From assembly GCA_004764695.1 (NCBI GenBank), contig SMSO01000036.1, positions 868,001 to 932,000 on the forward strand: DNA of 64,000 nucleotides. Direction: 5' to 3'. Every line of letters starts with the position of its first letter. Position 1 is the stretch's first letter. Under the pieces are notes generated by a model. That model made no database searches. It was not told where the DNA came from and saw nothing but the letters and a program-made list of their open reading frames with translations. The translations under genes and the position numbers were made by a program. This DNA is from Schizochytrium sp. TIO01. Its lineage: Eukaryota > Protista > Bigyra: Labyrinthulomycetes. Shown piece after piece: positions 1 to 12,341 of the stretch.

Positions 1-1
1 G

Positions 2-1792
2 ACTGGAGGAGGACGAAGATATTACGTTAGCTACTGTCTTCGTGGCGACATCTCGATTCTGGGTAAAATTTACATGCCATGTTTCAATTGATTCGTAGTG
101 CTTCAAAAGGTCGCATACGCGCTTAAACGCGCTCCCAAGACGATGCACGAAGCTAGGTTGCATCTTCACACGAGCCGGGATTTGGTCACAGACATCCTTC
201 AGAGGTAAACCACTTGCTCGAGCAACACTCAAGATCTGAGGGGATTTTGAGTTCATTGAAGATGTTGTTGAGGAATTGGTTTCTCCATCGCTAGACTTCG
301 CAGCAGCTTTATCGTTTTGCTCATCCATTTTGAGAACAAAATTGCTTTTGTCAGGCTGTACCGCAGTCTGCTTCTGGAGAGCTATTAGTTCATGTGCAGA
401 GCGTAGTAGCATAATCATCTCGTCTTTGAGCGCCTGCTCTACGAGTGCAACAAAGCACCGCTGAACACGGTGTGCAAGGCCTGAAACACCATCAAGCCGC
501 GTCCCCTCTGATGTTTTACCCAAAGTACCACGCGTCGACCTCAAACGTGCAATGTACTCTTCGGACAAATACTCTCCAATCGCTTTGTCTAAGGATATAT
601 ATGCTAGAACAATGTGTTTGTATGCGTCAGCATTTGTAAATGTTTTACAAACAACACGGAGGGTGTCATCGACGCGTTTGCGAAGGTTTGGCAATGCAGA
701 TGCCATGTTAGATCGAAGCTCTTGCAAAGCCTGTGGCAGTGGGGCCGCCATTTCATCAAGCTCACGCATAGTTTGAACACAAATACTCACCGCAGTGGGG
801 ACGTCATCACGATTTGCGGCATCAAAAACCTGTGAGCGACGTGAAATTAGAGATGCCATAGTCTCTAGACGCTCCAGAAGTTGACGGGCCCGCGCACGAC
901 GTCGATACAGCCCTACAACTTGTAAGTCCCCGCGCAAAAGACTATCACGTGAGAGTCTGAGTCGACGCCGTGCGTTCTTTGCATTAATTCCGGCGCGAGT
1001 GAGCTCTAAATCAATCTGTTGCACTTGGCGCATACCAGTCACAAGTGACGCATGATTTTCGTGTACAATTGACAGAAGATCATGGTGCACTAACTCAGAT
1101 TGCTCTTTGTATTTGCTGATACGCTCCATCAGAAAAGAACTTGTTTCTGGATCGTCATTCTGGAAGCCAGACAAAGCAACTGTGAGGGGGTCGAATTCAC
1201 TCTCAAAAAAACCAGAGTCTAGGTCATAATCTTGTCCAGGCTCAACCTTATCCTCATGGTCAGTAGAGTCGTCTAACATACGAGCTTCATCGAAACTAGT
1301 TGTTCGCGTGTCCCCTTTTTGAATATGTCGCAAGAATTGCAAGCGCCGGCGACTAGATGGGTGATTCGTCAAATACGACCGAAGAAGAGCCTTTGCCCGT
1401 GCCAGGGCAGCAGCAGTGAGTGCTTCGTCAGACTCTAAGCGAACTCCATTAGTCAATGCCGATGATGTAGTTGTTGCGCTGCTGTTAAAGGTGGCTGGAA
1501 AAGACCCTGATGAACGTGCAAACGAGACTTCACGCTGCTCTTGAAATGGAAGACAGAGAAGTTGCTCCACATCGGCTTTGCTCAGGGACTTACTTGGATC
1601 CGTCGTCTGGAACATTTCTCGAAAGAAAGAGGGTCCAACAGAGCTTGGAACGGCGTTCTGAGTCGCAGGAACTGGCATTTGTTGATCTTGTCGACTTAAC
1701 CTTCCTATCAGGGTGCCTCGCTGTGATGTTTTCGCCTCGGTGGACTTCTTTCGAGGCCCTGGCTCAAACATATCTTTAAAAAAAGTTGCCAT
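2..1792 (-). CDS. VPS50: VPS50/syndetin (EARP complex subunit, Vps54_N domain); 3' part runs off the window
   Basis: Not in the ORF track, probably because it has no stop inside the window. Manual minus-strand translation from ATG 1792 (MATFFKDMFEP...) stays open over the stretch read. It contains FFESEFDP, ENHASLVTGMRQVQQIDLELTRAGINAKNARRRL, YKHIVLAY and KDVCDQIP...ETWH, matching the VPS50/CCDC132 N-terminal pattern. Confidence 0.75.
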   Translation of the reverse strand, partial: MATFFKDMFEPGPRKKSTEAKTSQRGTLIGRLSRQDQQMPVPATQNAVPSSVGPSFFREMFQTTDPSKSLSKADVEQLLCLPFQEQREVSFARSSGSFPATFNSSATTTSSALTNGVRLESDEALTAAALARAKALLRSYLTNHPSSRRRLQFLRHIQKGDTRTTSFDEARMLDDSTDHEDKVEPGQDYDLDSGFFESEFDPLTVALSGFQNDDPETSSFLMERISKYKEQSELVHHDLLSIVHENHASLVTGMRQVQQIDLELTRAGINAKNARRRLRLSRDSLLRGDLQVVGLYRRRARARQLLERLETMASLISRRSQVFDAANRDDVPTAVSICVQTMRELDEMAAPLPQALQELRSNMASALPNLRKRVDDTLRVVCKTFTNADAYKHIVLAYISLDKAIGEYLSEEYIARLRSTRGTLGKTSEGTRLDGVSGLAHRVQRCFVALVEQALKDEMIMLLRSAHELIALQKQTAVQPDKSNFVLKMDEQNDKAAAKSSDGETNSSTTSSMNSKSPQILSVARASGLPLKDVCDQIPARVKMQPSFVHRLGSAFKRVCDLLKHYESIETWHVNFTQNRDVATKTVANVISSSSSS

Positions 1793-2699
1793 GGTGTCAC
1801 TTGATCCACTACACCTGTCACGCTGATCTTGTCTTGAACTATAGTTACGTATCTATCTTCTGATCCTACTTTCTCATGCAATTTATCAAACACAAAAGTC
1901 AGGCGCTTTGTTCGGAGGCTCTCAGTCCACGTCTGAGCTAGTCTCCTTCTGCGTAAGGTCAAGGCGTGCAGCACTGACCCTGTCTTACTAATTGATGATC
2001 TATCTATCTAATTATGTGTTTGCTTCTAAGCCTACATTTTTGTTTTGTTTTTGTTTGTTATGATAAGAATCCTTTTCTTTGATTTTATTTTATTTCTAAT
2101 CATACTAAGTCAGCCTCATGTTAAATAATCACTACTAGGTACTAGCAGTAGCCAGTCAAGTTGTATTTTTTTGTTTACTAATTAAGAATTACAGCACTAA
2201 TTCTACCCGGTACCAATTTGTGTCTTAAATGCTATCCTCATACCCATACTGGATACCCCAATGTAAAGAAGAATAGGTTTCGTCTAAATAGTATTATGAC
2301 TTAGATGTAGTCGGCATTTAAAAAAAGAAAAAGAAGAAGAAAGCTAAATTTAAAACGAGAACAAAAAGAGAAAAAACTACCTTTTCCCCATTGTATCATC
2401 ATTTCTTATTGAAATATATATGTGATTATTTTGGCTTGAGTTTTTCACCCAAGTTAATAAAGAAATACCAACAGGTAGCGAGAGCGTTGCTTTAAAAAGA
2501 ACTAAAGAAAGAAACTTGAAAGTTTACCTGATGCACTCTTTAGTTAAAAGCTGCTGACATCTGTCATTTAACTTCGGTGAAAGCTCAAAACCAAGAGTAG
2601 TCTCTGGAAACTCAGTCAGTTAGTAATTGTTTGGGCTGAAATTTTAATCCAAGCTTACTTCTTCAGTGAAATTGCTTTATATGGTACCACTATGACCAC

Positions 2700-4540
2700 G
2701 TAATTTTATTTTAAAGTAACTAGTACTATTAAGGTAGGAGGTTTTTTACTAGTTTAAGTGCTACGTCTAAAGTAAAAGCAGAGTTATGTGTATTTGTTAG
2801 AAAAACACCCTTTCCCACGCACTTGCACGTGCCATGGTAAAAGAAATCCTGAACGATGTTTCAATCATCTTTCCAATCTTAATGAGAACCACTTGAGACT
2901 CTTGCTTTTGAGGCGTCACCAACCCTCACTAGAAGCCATATTTTTTAAAAAATAACTATAGGTAGAACCGCAGTAAAGGCATCGAGGTGATCTCACCAGT
3001 AGTAGTTTAGAAGCCTCGCTCCATACCTAGATGGATGTGGGAACTAAATTGGATCAAAGTGGGAGAGGAAGGGAGTGAATTTATTAAGGAAGTCCACTCT
3101 AAGTAAGAGATGCCCTTATCAACAATTCTACTAGGATAAAACCTCAAGCAAAAAAGAATATCACTCTTGGTTCTCATAGTGGGGAAACACTTTAGTCAGA
3201 GGGCCACCTCCATCGATCATTTTCATTGGGTTAAAACTCCAGTCAAAACGTATTCTCAAAGGGGAATGTAAGACGTCCTGCAAGAGTGTCATGCCTCAGT
3301 TGGCTTTACATCAATTTGTAATAGAGAGTATCCATCAACTGGAATTTAATCCTAGAAAAGTTGCCCATGTCATGTCAGTCTCTAAAGACTAAATTCTATC
3401 CTGGTGAATTCTCTTCATGATCACGAAGGCAATCAGTACTTGTTATGGTAACCACTGTCATTAAATACTTTGTACTCACTTTCGTGTGGGGCATTTCGGA
3501 TATATTGCAATGTGGGGAGTGAATGCAGATAATAAATAGGGCCTCAGCTATCGATACGCTAGACATCTTTTCGTGTAGATAATTCATTCACACTCTCACC
3601 TAAAGATCGCCTTTCATTCTTTTAGAGCTCCTTAACCCCCTTATTGACATCAAACACCAACTTTTCTTTTTATGTTGCTCCTCAAGTGAAAAGGACTGAC
3701 TTGTTTACTCCATGCTAACAGACATGTTCTTCAATACCCTGGTACTACCTTCATTGCCATTCTTGTTTCCATTCTAAGTCTGTCTCACTTTTAGACAGAA
3801 TGCACTCCTGCCATAGGTGAGCACATCGAATTGCGTAAACTATTCGTTACACATTTGAAGGTCCTATCTTCACAATGTCTGAAAATGTTATGTAGTTAGA
3901 ATGATATTTTCTAACTCTACTTCTTTGGATACTTCGAATAGGTTTTAGTTATGCCACTCTCCCAAATTAGAAACTATACTTAATGATTTAATTCGAGCCA
4001 AAATCCACGCTGTCATATCCAGGAACACTAGTATCAAAGGACAAGTAGTTGCCTCTGAGTAGTGAGGGTGCCTGGGAAGTGTTTTCTTTCTATTACTTGG
4101 ATGAACACTAAAGTCGAAGCATATTACTGCTCGCTGACAGCGGACAAGATGGCTCTTCAAAGTTTATGCTGCAATACTACATACCTAGGTAGACAGGTGC
4201 ACCTTTATATTAATCGTATGTCGAGGGTTGAATTTCAAACCTAATCAAAGGATTGATAGAAATATCGTGACAGTGGGGTGTGTACATATTGATGGATCTT
4301 GAAAATTTTCCGAAGTAGAAAGATAGCACCAACCTCAACACTCTGGCAATATCAACCCTTTCACTTGATATTTAACCCAACCTGAAGTCTACGCACTCTC
4401 AGTAGTCGAAGGCTAATCCTATTAATTTTGATCGGATATATCTCTGAGTCAAAATAATCACTCATGCCAAAAGTCAAAGCATATCACTCGTAAATGGGAC
4501 CAACTAGGCTGCCAGCAACGTTTCCATTCTCTGCCTAGGT
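2700..4540 (-). mobile_element. Highly decayed Ty3/gypsy-like pol remnant (RT to integrase)
   Basis: Minus strand gives YE*YALTFGM (RT YEW..MPFG motif, ~4500-4460), LQVGLNIK, an integrase Zn-finger-like IHSPHCNI...DC (~3520-3430) and PVDGYSLL. Many stops and frameshifts; boundaries approximate. Confidence 0.45.
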
Positions 4541-4856
4541 ACGTAAAGTAGTTCTACTGGTACTATAAGTCGTTGTTCTACCCAAGCAGAAAGGTTTTAA
4601 TCATTACCCCTAACAGTGCACTTGCATTTTTCCAAAGCAAACGATTGACAGCCTCTGACTAGTAGTGACTATTGAGTGTTTTAAGACCCCCTTTTTCTAT
4701 AAGTGGTGCTAAAAGGAGGCCCCCTTACCAGTCCAAGTCCTCCCTCGCCTTTATCAAATTGCTCAACGCCTACGACTCAGAAAGGCGAGTTCGCCAAACG
4801 CGCAATCGTGAAGGGTGGCCAGCAGAATTGGTTGGAGGTAGGCTAAGAAGGTCAAT

Positions 4857-5912
4857 ATGGCGTCAGGAAGTACGGGCTTCTTTCTTCGAAGGGTTGCTGC
4901 CTTGGCTGCGATGGCAGGATGTGGTACTCTTGCTTGGACTGAACGGGAAAACCTTCTGAGTGAAGTTTCTAATTTGACCCAATTGGCAACGCAAGTAGAA
5001 CAGAGTAACTCGACTGCGGTCGATCTAGATGCCAATGGGCCAACTAAGCATTCGAATCATCAGCAGACACTGAAGGAGAAAAATATTGCACAAAGTATCA
5101 TCAAACATAATAATGAGTGGGAAAACCAAAACAAGCCTATCTGGGCATGCCAATTACCTCTTCCCTGCCCAAGCTTTACAAGGTCTCTGAAGGAAGAGAA
5201 ACCACCCAACATGTCCGGAGATTGGATAATCGATCAGCAACGCTCCCAGCATGAAGAGATGGTTGAGATTTTGACCTGCGTTGGAGTTCCCAGATATCTT
5301 ACCAAGATGGGCCAGCTGAGTCCTTCTCGGATGAGTGTCACCCAGAGAGAAGACAATTCCCTCATTCATGAGACTATTGTACAGCTAGGAGGTATGTATA
5401 AAAATCACGTCGACCTTTTTATGGATGGAAGGGAAGTTGTAGCTAAGCAACCTCTCGATGGATCACTAGTTACAACCTCAACCTGCTGGGAAGTTTTCTT
5501 AGCTTCCGAGCTTGAGCCTTGCAATATAAATTTAACACCTGAGGCCCGTGTTGTATGTTGCGTATCATATGGAGAGTACAGTAAGTTATTATGTCAACAC
5601 TATCATCATATTAAAATAAAATGCTATGTAATCGATACATGGCTGGGTAAATTTTTAATTCTCTATGGCTTTCACAGCTAACAACTCACTATTTGCCTAT
5701 CTGCCTATTCCATGGTACTTTGATTTCCAAACTTTGGATCTTTAAAACTCCTCTGTAATATTTGCTCGTTACAAACCTCAGAAGGCACAGGTCATCGTCA
5801 GCGCATAGTCAGGTTCCTTGATGATGATGGACAGACATTTCATTCTATGAATACCCTGTATAAGGCCGATGGGTCAACAATCACAGCTCACCGGCTTTTA
5901 AATCGAGTATGA
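4857..5912 (+). CDS. Calycin/fatty-acid-binding-protein-like beta-barrel protein with N-terminal hydrophobic/targeting segment; exons 4857-5580 and 5782-5912
   Basis: NMSGDWIIDQQRSQHEEMVEILTCVGV resembles the FABP NFSGxW...SENFDEYLKAxGV signature. Donor GTAAGT at 5581 and acceptor CAG ending 5781 keep frame (..YGEYK|GTGHRQRIVRFLDDDGQ...LNRV*). Confidence 0.65.
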
Positions 5913-6371
5913 GGTATGAGTATGACTTGAGTTGAGTTGGGTTGGAAGACTACTCAGATTGATTTGTACAGGTTACCCTGCAACATAATACCTGTACTTA
6001 ACATTTGTGACTGGATTAGATTTTTGAGGTTTTGCGTGTTTACAGAACTGTCTGTCCTTCTAATGGGAGATGTAGATTTGCAAGTTAACAATTCCAATAG
6101 GCCTCCTTCAGCATGAATTCAATCAAAATCGTGATTACATGTAGCTGATCTAAAGACAATTTAGACTTGCACACTCGATATTGCTTTGATGAAACCTTAG
6201 AAATTTATTTTCTCTGTACTATACAAGACTGTGGCGACTTGTGTTCTAGTCAGGTAGAGGTTAGCTGGCGACATAAAAACAAGTTTCTTGAAAGTGCTGA
6301 AGACTTTAAAAGACTTGTAAATTTGGGTTCATATAGGTAACAACTTGTTGACCTATATGAATGAATTCCAG

Positions 6372-6868
6372 TGTAGACTGTCCTGGCCCTCTAGGCTATT
6401 CCATACAAGTTGTCCAATGAATGCATTCGCCTCATATTCCATATCAAGAAGAACCAGAGAAAACTTTCAATCCCTTCAAGACTACAATTTCTTTTACTTT
6501 TCACTTAAAAGAAAAGTCAAAAAGAAATTTTCCTTTTATCGAAAATCTTTTACCGATAAAAGATTTCCTCTTACCGTGCACGCTATCGCACAACAAGTTA
6601 TCGTGCACGCTACCGTGCAACAAGAATCTTACACACCTACCCAAGCATACCCAAAACCCCCAGCTACCTACAGCCACCAGAGTCTCACCGAGCTCACACC
6701 TAGCAAGGCTCCTTTAGTCTCTGCTTTAGCTTAACTCACTCACCAGTTTAAGTTTTGTCAAAGAGTTGCGACTGCGTTCTCCGCACGCATCCTCTTTCCC
6801 TCCACTTTTCCGCGGCTGGCCTAACTTCGTTCCCCCGATTGCGTCTCGATCAATCAGGGAACAAGACA
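6372..6868 (+). mobile_element. LTR-like repeat, copy A (probable solo LTR)
   Basis: Starts TGTAGACTG and ends GGGAACAAGACA (TG...CA). Homologous to 8157-8615 (inverted), 9405-9640 and ~9660-10056; shared blocks include GAATGCATTCGCCT..ATTCCATATCAAGAA, AAAGAGTTGCGACTGCG and TCAATCAACC..GGGAAC..GACA. No clear TSD. Confidence 0.6.
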
Positions 6869-7177
6869 ACCTAACAGGACTTCTTGGTCCCCGCTCAGCT
6901 TACCTAATTTATTTCAACAAACAAGCCTGGACAGTTTTTTTTGTAAAGTAGCTAATTTGAAAATATTTAAAAATAAAAAAAGGCAAAATAATTACCTACT
7001 TTGTGACAGCTGTTACATCTTCAAGATAAAGATACTTTTAACTTCTTTATTACATAGCTGGTCAAACCTATCATAGCATTTATGTTACATATACTTACTG
7101 TAAATTTTAGATCATAAAAATGAAGAATCAAACAATGATTTAAATGTCCTAGTAAAATAGATATAAATCAATATTTG

Positions 7178-7312
7178 AGATATTATATTTACAAAATAAT
7201 TATTCAAAATAATTGTTTATAAATTTAATCAAAAATTGACAATTATATATATTTTGTTAATTATTTTTATAAATACGAATATTTGATTAATTATTTTGTA
7301 AATATAGTATCT
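7178..7312. repeat. AT-rich foldback (long inverted repeat), MITE-like
   Basis: AGATATTATATTTACAAAATAATTATTCAAA (from 7178) is the reverse complement of TTTGATTAATTATTTTGTAAATATAGTATCT (to 7312) with 2 mismatches; weaker symmetry continues inward. Confidence 0.75.
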
Positions 7313-7828
7313 GGTTTAAACAATTTAACGGATTAAAAATGTTAGAGTTACTTGAAAAATACAAACAATTTTAAAGATAAGATAGTATAGTATGTAGGTT
7401 TTACAACTAACTGATGATAGGATTGGTTTTCATATACTAAAATAGCTCTAAGGAAAGAAGAAAAAGGATATCGAGATAGTTGTGTTTGCTCCTAGGTTCA
7501 TAATGAAACCCAAATCTTCTCCATTGCTCTCATTATGAATTTAATTTATTAAATATACTATTATATTAGTTCCCTGCAAAGCATCAAAAGCACTTGTAAA
7601 ATCAAGTTGGTCATAGTACATTAGTAACCTAACTAACTCGATGGATATCAACAAAAGACCTGATTAATAAATAAATAAGCAATCACATACATACATACAA
7701 TCAATATCTATCCTATCATTATTATATTATATATATATATGATAAAAATAAATATAACATTATATATATAGTAGGGTCACTGGTCTGAAGTGTGCCTTGA
7801 GTTATTGTGGCCCATGGTCGATTGTATA

Positions 7829-7985
7829 ATACATACATACATACATACATACATACATACATACATACATACATACATACATACATACATACATACATAC
7901 ATACATACATACATACATACATACATACATACATACATACATACATACATACATACATACATACATACATACATACATACATACA
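7829..7985. repeat. (ATAC)n microsatellite, about 39 units
   Basis: Perfect tetranucleotide run read directly from the sequence. Confidence 0.98.
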
Positions 7986-7992
7986 AGTAATG

Positions 7993-8071
7993 TCAAGAGA
8001 TAATCTATATATGGGACCGGGGTATACTAGGTATTGACGAGTGGTCATTAGTCACGCCTTTTTATAGCCCC
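7993..8071 (-). repeat. Dispersed ~78-bp repeat (GGGCTATAAAAAGGCGTGACTAAT...), copy 1; possible DNA-transposon terminus
   Basis: Reverse complement closely matches 12342-12418. The GGG end abuts TTAA at 8072-8075. Confidence 0.7.
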
Positions 8072-8156
8072 TTAACAAGTAACTCTTAGTGCTGATGAAG
8101 AAAATAATAGAAATACAACCAAATTAATTAAGTATTGAGTTTGCAAAGCTAAGAAG

Positions 8157-8615
8157 TGTCGTGTTCCCTAGTTGGTTGATTGTAAGGCAATGGGAGAGTT
8201 ACTCATAAAGAAGGGATTCGTGGAAGGATAGACTAGCCTTCAGAACGACGGTGAACGAAGAGGTTGCGTGCATGGAGCGCAGTCGCAACTCTTTGAGAAA
8301 TTTAAGCTTGTGTGAGTAAGTTAGGTTAGATAGGTGTATGTAAACGAAGGAGTCTTGGCTGATGTGGACGACGAGACTTGAGTGATTTGGTATTTTGGGT
8401 ATGCTTGCTTTTGGAGCTTCTTCTTCTTGGAGAGGTGAGCAATTTCTTTGTTGTGTACAATAAGAGGAAATCTTTTTTACTCTAAAAGATTTTCAATTAA
8501 AAGGTATTTCTTTTGACTTGAAAGAAGTAAAAGTTTTCTCTTTTTTTTTTTTTCTTGATATGGAATTATTAGGCGAATGCATTCATTATAGAAATAGCCT
8601 AAAGGGTCAGGGCAG
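8157..8615 (-). mobile_element. LTR-like repeat, copy B (inverted relative to copy A)
   Basis: Reverse complement aligns with 6378-6868 across several 15-25-nt blocks and ends ...GGGAACACGACA. Confidence 0.6.
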
Positions 8616-8839
8616 AAGAATGGACATGCAACCAACACAGCTCATTCAGCCAATGCAATAGTCTAAGATGAAACTTGCTGTATGATCACATCAGGGAGTG
8701 AGGTGAGCGAAATGAGCTCTCTTGGCCCTCTAGGCAAACCAAATGTTGTTTCTGGTAGCGTTGACACAGACTGAGTTTTACCAATCATCTATATCACCGG
8801 AAAGTATTCAACTCTTCCCCCTTGTCATTTCGAGCGCCA

Positions 8840-9390
8840 TCTATGAACATCTCTACCAACCCATCGGCACATCAATTCTTCCCAAAGCTTCAGCCTCTAA
8901 ATGAAAGAATGCTTTGACGACCTCATCCACAGCCACGACCTCCTCGATTACGTTTCCAACATGCTCTGCTCTGCCCAAGACGATGAGATCCTCCTCAAGA
9001 AACTCGAGTGCGTATTTCAATGCTGTGCTGACAGATATTTTTACCTGAACACCAGCAAAGTTTGCTTTTACGCTCAATCAATCAACTTCCTCAGTCGAGT
9101 CCTCACCTCAGATGGGTACCTGTCATTCCCAACCCTTCCAGGCTCGACTTCATTCGAACTTTAGACGCCCCTAAAACACCAGGCAACCTCTCCAGAGTTT
9201 TAGGTACATGCAGTTTCTTAGCCGACCATGTCCCTCACCTTCCTCGAATAATCGATCCTTTACGCATTATATGCACTACGGCATTCACATCCTCCAACAC
9301 GAAGGCCAAATAGGCCAGCTAGAGGATTCAGCTTTAGACTTGCTGACTGATGAACACTTGCAAGAAATTACACACCTCTCCAGGAAATTC
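8840..9390 (+). pseudogene. Ty3/gypsy reverse transcriptase fragment, inactivated
   Basis: YEHLYQPIG..., DYVSNML (decayed YVDD), LNTSKVCFYAQSINFLSRVLTSDG, then after a frameshift IPNPSRLDFIRTLDAPKTPGNLSRVLGTCSFLADHVPHLPRIIDPL (gypsy thumb). Confidence 0.8.
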
Positions 9391-9404
9391 TGAAGCTCCA
9401 CAAG

Positions 9405-9640
9405 TAAGCATACCCTAAATACCGACAATACCGAAAACACCGGATCACTCGAGTCTCACCCGCCACATCAGTCGAGACTTCTTAGCCTACACCTAGCTAA
9501 CCTAACTTGCTCACACGAGCTTAATTTTCTCAACAAGCTGAGACTGCACTCTCCGTTCACCTTTCTGAAGAATGACCTGTCCTCCCACGGACCCCTTCCT
9601 TTCTCTACGATTGCCTCTCAATCAACCAGGGAACGCGACA
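9405..9640 (+). mobile_element. LTR-like repeat, copy C (3' part)
   Basis: ACACCTAGCTAACCTAACTTGCTCACACGAGCTTAATTTTCTCAA...TCAATCAACCAGGGAACGCGACA matches the 3' halves of copies A and B. Confidence 0.6.
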
Positions 9641-9659
9641 AGTGTAAGTAAGTAAGGGA

Positions 9660-10056
9660 AATATATTCATTAGGCAATCTGCATGGAAGCAGCCTTGCCA
9701 GGACACCGTTGCAGTTTACGAAACAGGAACCATGCGTGTTCACATCTGAGAAGTTCCACAATCACCAAATTGATCACAATATCAATTCAAACCCAAATTA
9801 TCCAAATTACTCAGATCATCCAGATAATCCAGATCACTCAGATCACCCAGATCACCCAGATTATCAGACCACAACTTCTTATCTCAGTCTATACCTAAAT
9901 AACCTAGTTTACTCACTGGAGCTTGGTTATCTCAGAGAGCTACGACTGTCCACCACGTATGCATCGCCTCTGGCAACCTTCCCTGGCTAGCCCTCCCTCT
10001 CGGGTCAGGACATATCCTTACGCCCGATTCCTTAATCAACCTGGGCTCACTTAACA
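9660..10056 (+). mobile_element. LTR-like repeat, copy D (diverged) with an internal 9-bp tandem repeat
   Basis: 9890-10056 aligns with the 3' LTR half (AACCTAGTTTACTCACTGGAGCTT...GAGCTACGACTG...AATCAACCTGGG..AACA). (CAGATYAYY)x6 lies at ~9812-9868. 5' boundary approximate. Confidence 0.45.
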
Positions 10057-11269
10057 TATTCTTCTTATAAGACTTTTTACTTTTTAAATACTTATTTTTA
10101 GAAAATGTTTTATTTTAACTTCTCTTTCTTTTTTTCTTTTTTTAAAGGAAGCTTTTAATGAAAACATTGTTAACTTAAAATAATTGAAAGTTTTGTCTGT
10201 TTTGTTTGTTGCTTGAATGAATGAATGAAATGTAAGGCGAATACATAACTTGTATATAAACAGCCTCGAGTGCAAGGGCAATAATTTTCAATGTGGATAA
10301 CTTTTTCTGGTGTCTCGTTCAATTCTGAACTAAAGTCACATTTATTCAGAAAGGGTAAATTGGGAATTGCATTCTTTCAGGCACTTTTTTCTTTTTTAAT
10401 ACCAACGCTGTACATTAGATATCTTCACTAAACAAGTTCATTGATGGGCCTACAGAGTATGAGTTTGCTATCAGCAGACCTACTATGGGTTGGTTTCCTA
10501 TATCGTATCTGGCAGAAACTAATAGCTTCCTTAATTGTCGATTTTCTCTATTCCGTCCGTATTTAGCCAAAAGAGACCAGAATAAAGAGTGTCTCCGTTC
10601 AAGACCTCAGAGGTGAATATAGAGATCTCAACATCCTGCATTTACCCATTACGAATTTTGTCTATGTTGAGCCACTACGTGGAAATAACAAGAATAATTA
10701 TAAACCAATGGTTGATCTGACATTGCTCTTCAATGAGATATAACGAATGGATGACAGAACGATTTGATGATTTTTATTTATTTTTTAAATATTATTGGTA
10801 GGCTTGAAAGGGGGGGGGGTGCAAGGAGATTGTATCTCTTTTTTGTGGGGCAGTGAAAGTGATGTAGAAATTGTGACGAGAGTCATGCGAGGAAGCTTTT
10901 CAAATTCCGGAACGTGCTTAATTCTGCACTTCTCCAAAAAATAAACCATTATTTTGAAGGTCTCTTTGGAAAAATATTCGGCACAAAGTCAGAACTTGCG
11001 TCGTTTTCATTTGCAAATCAGTGTGAACCTATTATAAGCAAGTATTGCCCATAATATTTAAATAAATCGTTGCAGGATTACATTTTCCAAATACTAGCCT
11101 GGACAAAGCCTCCAGCAATGTAAACTCCGTTGCACCGTAGCTCAACGTGACGAAGAAACATCGCACAGGTTTACATGCACATCGCTCTACAGCCATAACT
11201 TCGCCAATTTGAGTTTTCGATATTAGCAACTACTGATATTTTCAATTCTACTAGTACATCAAGTGTTGA

Positions 11270-12250
11270 GATCACCAATCAAAGGGTGATGTAGACAAGA
11301 CATTTCCAGTATACTTAATATTTTAAGACTTACTATAAGGAATTGTGAAAGATAAGAACCAAACAAAGCGATACATAAGTTTGAGGCTAAAGGACATGAT
11401 GGATTAAAGTGCACTACATAATCAACTTAATATCTAAGTGCAAGACAGGAGTTAGTGGTTGAGGAAACAGCTTAATTTAGCCTCTTCCGGTTATGTGCAA
11501 TACAAGTCAAGTCAATCGTCATATCCAAACAATGACATGAATCGGTTCATCTTGATATTCATCTTCAAGGTCAGCAAATCACTTTCTTTATAAGACTATG
11601 CATGCAATCTCTTCTTCTGTCCATACGTTCCAAGGGTCTTGCCTTGGTCTCCCCTATCAATCTTTGGCTGTCATGAACTAGCTTGCAACACTGGATACTA
11701 ATATGATGATTACAACTTTAAACAAATGTGGTACAGGAAGGGTCCTTAGAGGTTCTCTTCAAAACTCAAAGACAAATTGGAGAATACGATTTTCAATTTT
11801 TAATGGCCAACAAAGATTTGCATATTTAGACTTGCAAAAAAATGAAAATACAGGACTAGTGGGGAATAAGAGTGAGTAACAGTGAGAAACTATTATGTCA
11901 TCAAAGCCTTCTATAGTATTTACATTGATAGTCAAAATCCTCCATGTTCCCACACCAAATCAGATTGCGCTTCCTTCTGAGAATCATCTTTAAGGCTAGC
12001 ACAAACTTACAGGTGACGAAGACACAGTACACATTGAAGCTTGCATGTACAAAATATGGCAAGTTTCTGTTGATTCTAAGCGACCAGGACAGATATGATG
12101 TTAGGTGTACACACTTCGACAATCATTGAGGAACCAGAAAGTCTATCATTGGAGAGAGATTTATGATATTGAAAGTGCACATATGAACTGCGATCCATGA
12201 TTGAGGAAAAGAAGTAATGTTATCTCGCCAACTTTACGCGACAAAGTTAT
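11270..12250 (-). mobile_element. Decayed non-LTR retrotransposon RT fragment (copy 2)
   Basis: Minus strand has VPQ* (GVPQG-like) near 12135 and GFDDII near 11905. Nucleotides 11440-11515 are clearly homologous to 15278-15350. Confidence 0.5.
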
Positions 12251-12341
12251 ATCAGATAAAGCCAACTAAGTTCCATAGAAATTAGTCCATCTTTGTATTT
12301 TTCTCTGAAGGCTGTAGATTGTTATCTCTTGAAATTATAGA

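Noticed and set aside
1708-1974. 88-aa minus-strand ORF from the track
   Set aside because: It overlaps the start of the long VPS50 frame in a different frame, has a non-ATG start and shows no recognisable features.
7722-8048. ORFs with MYVC/HTYI repeats
   Set aside because: Artefacts of the stop-free (ATAC)n microsatellite.
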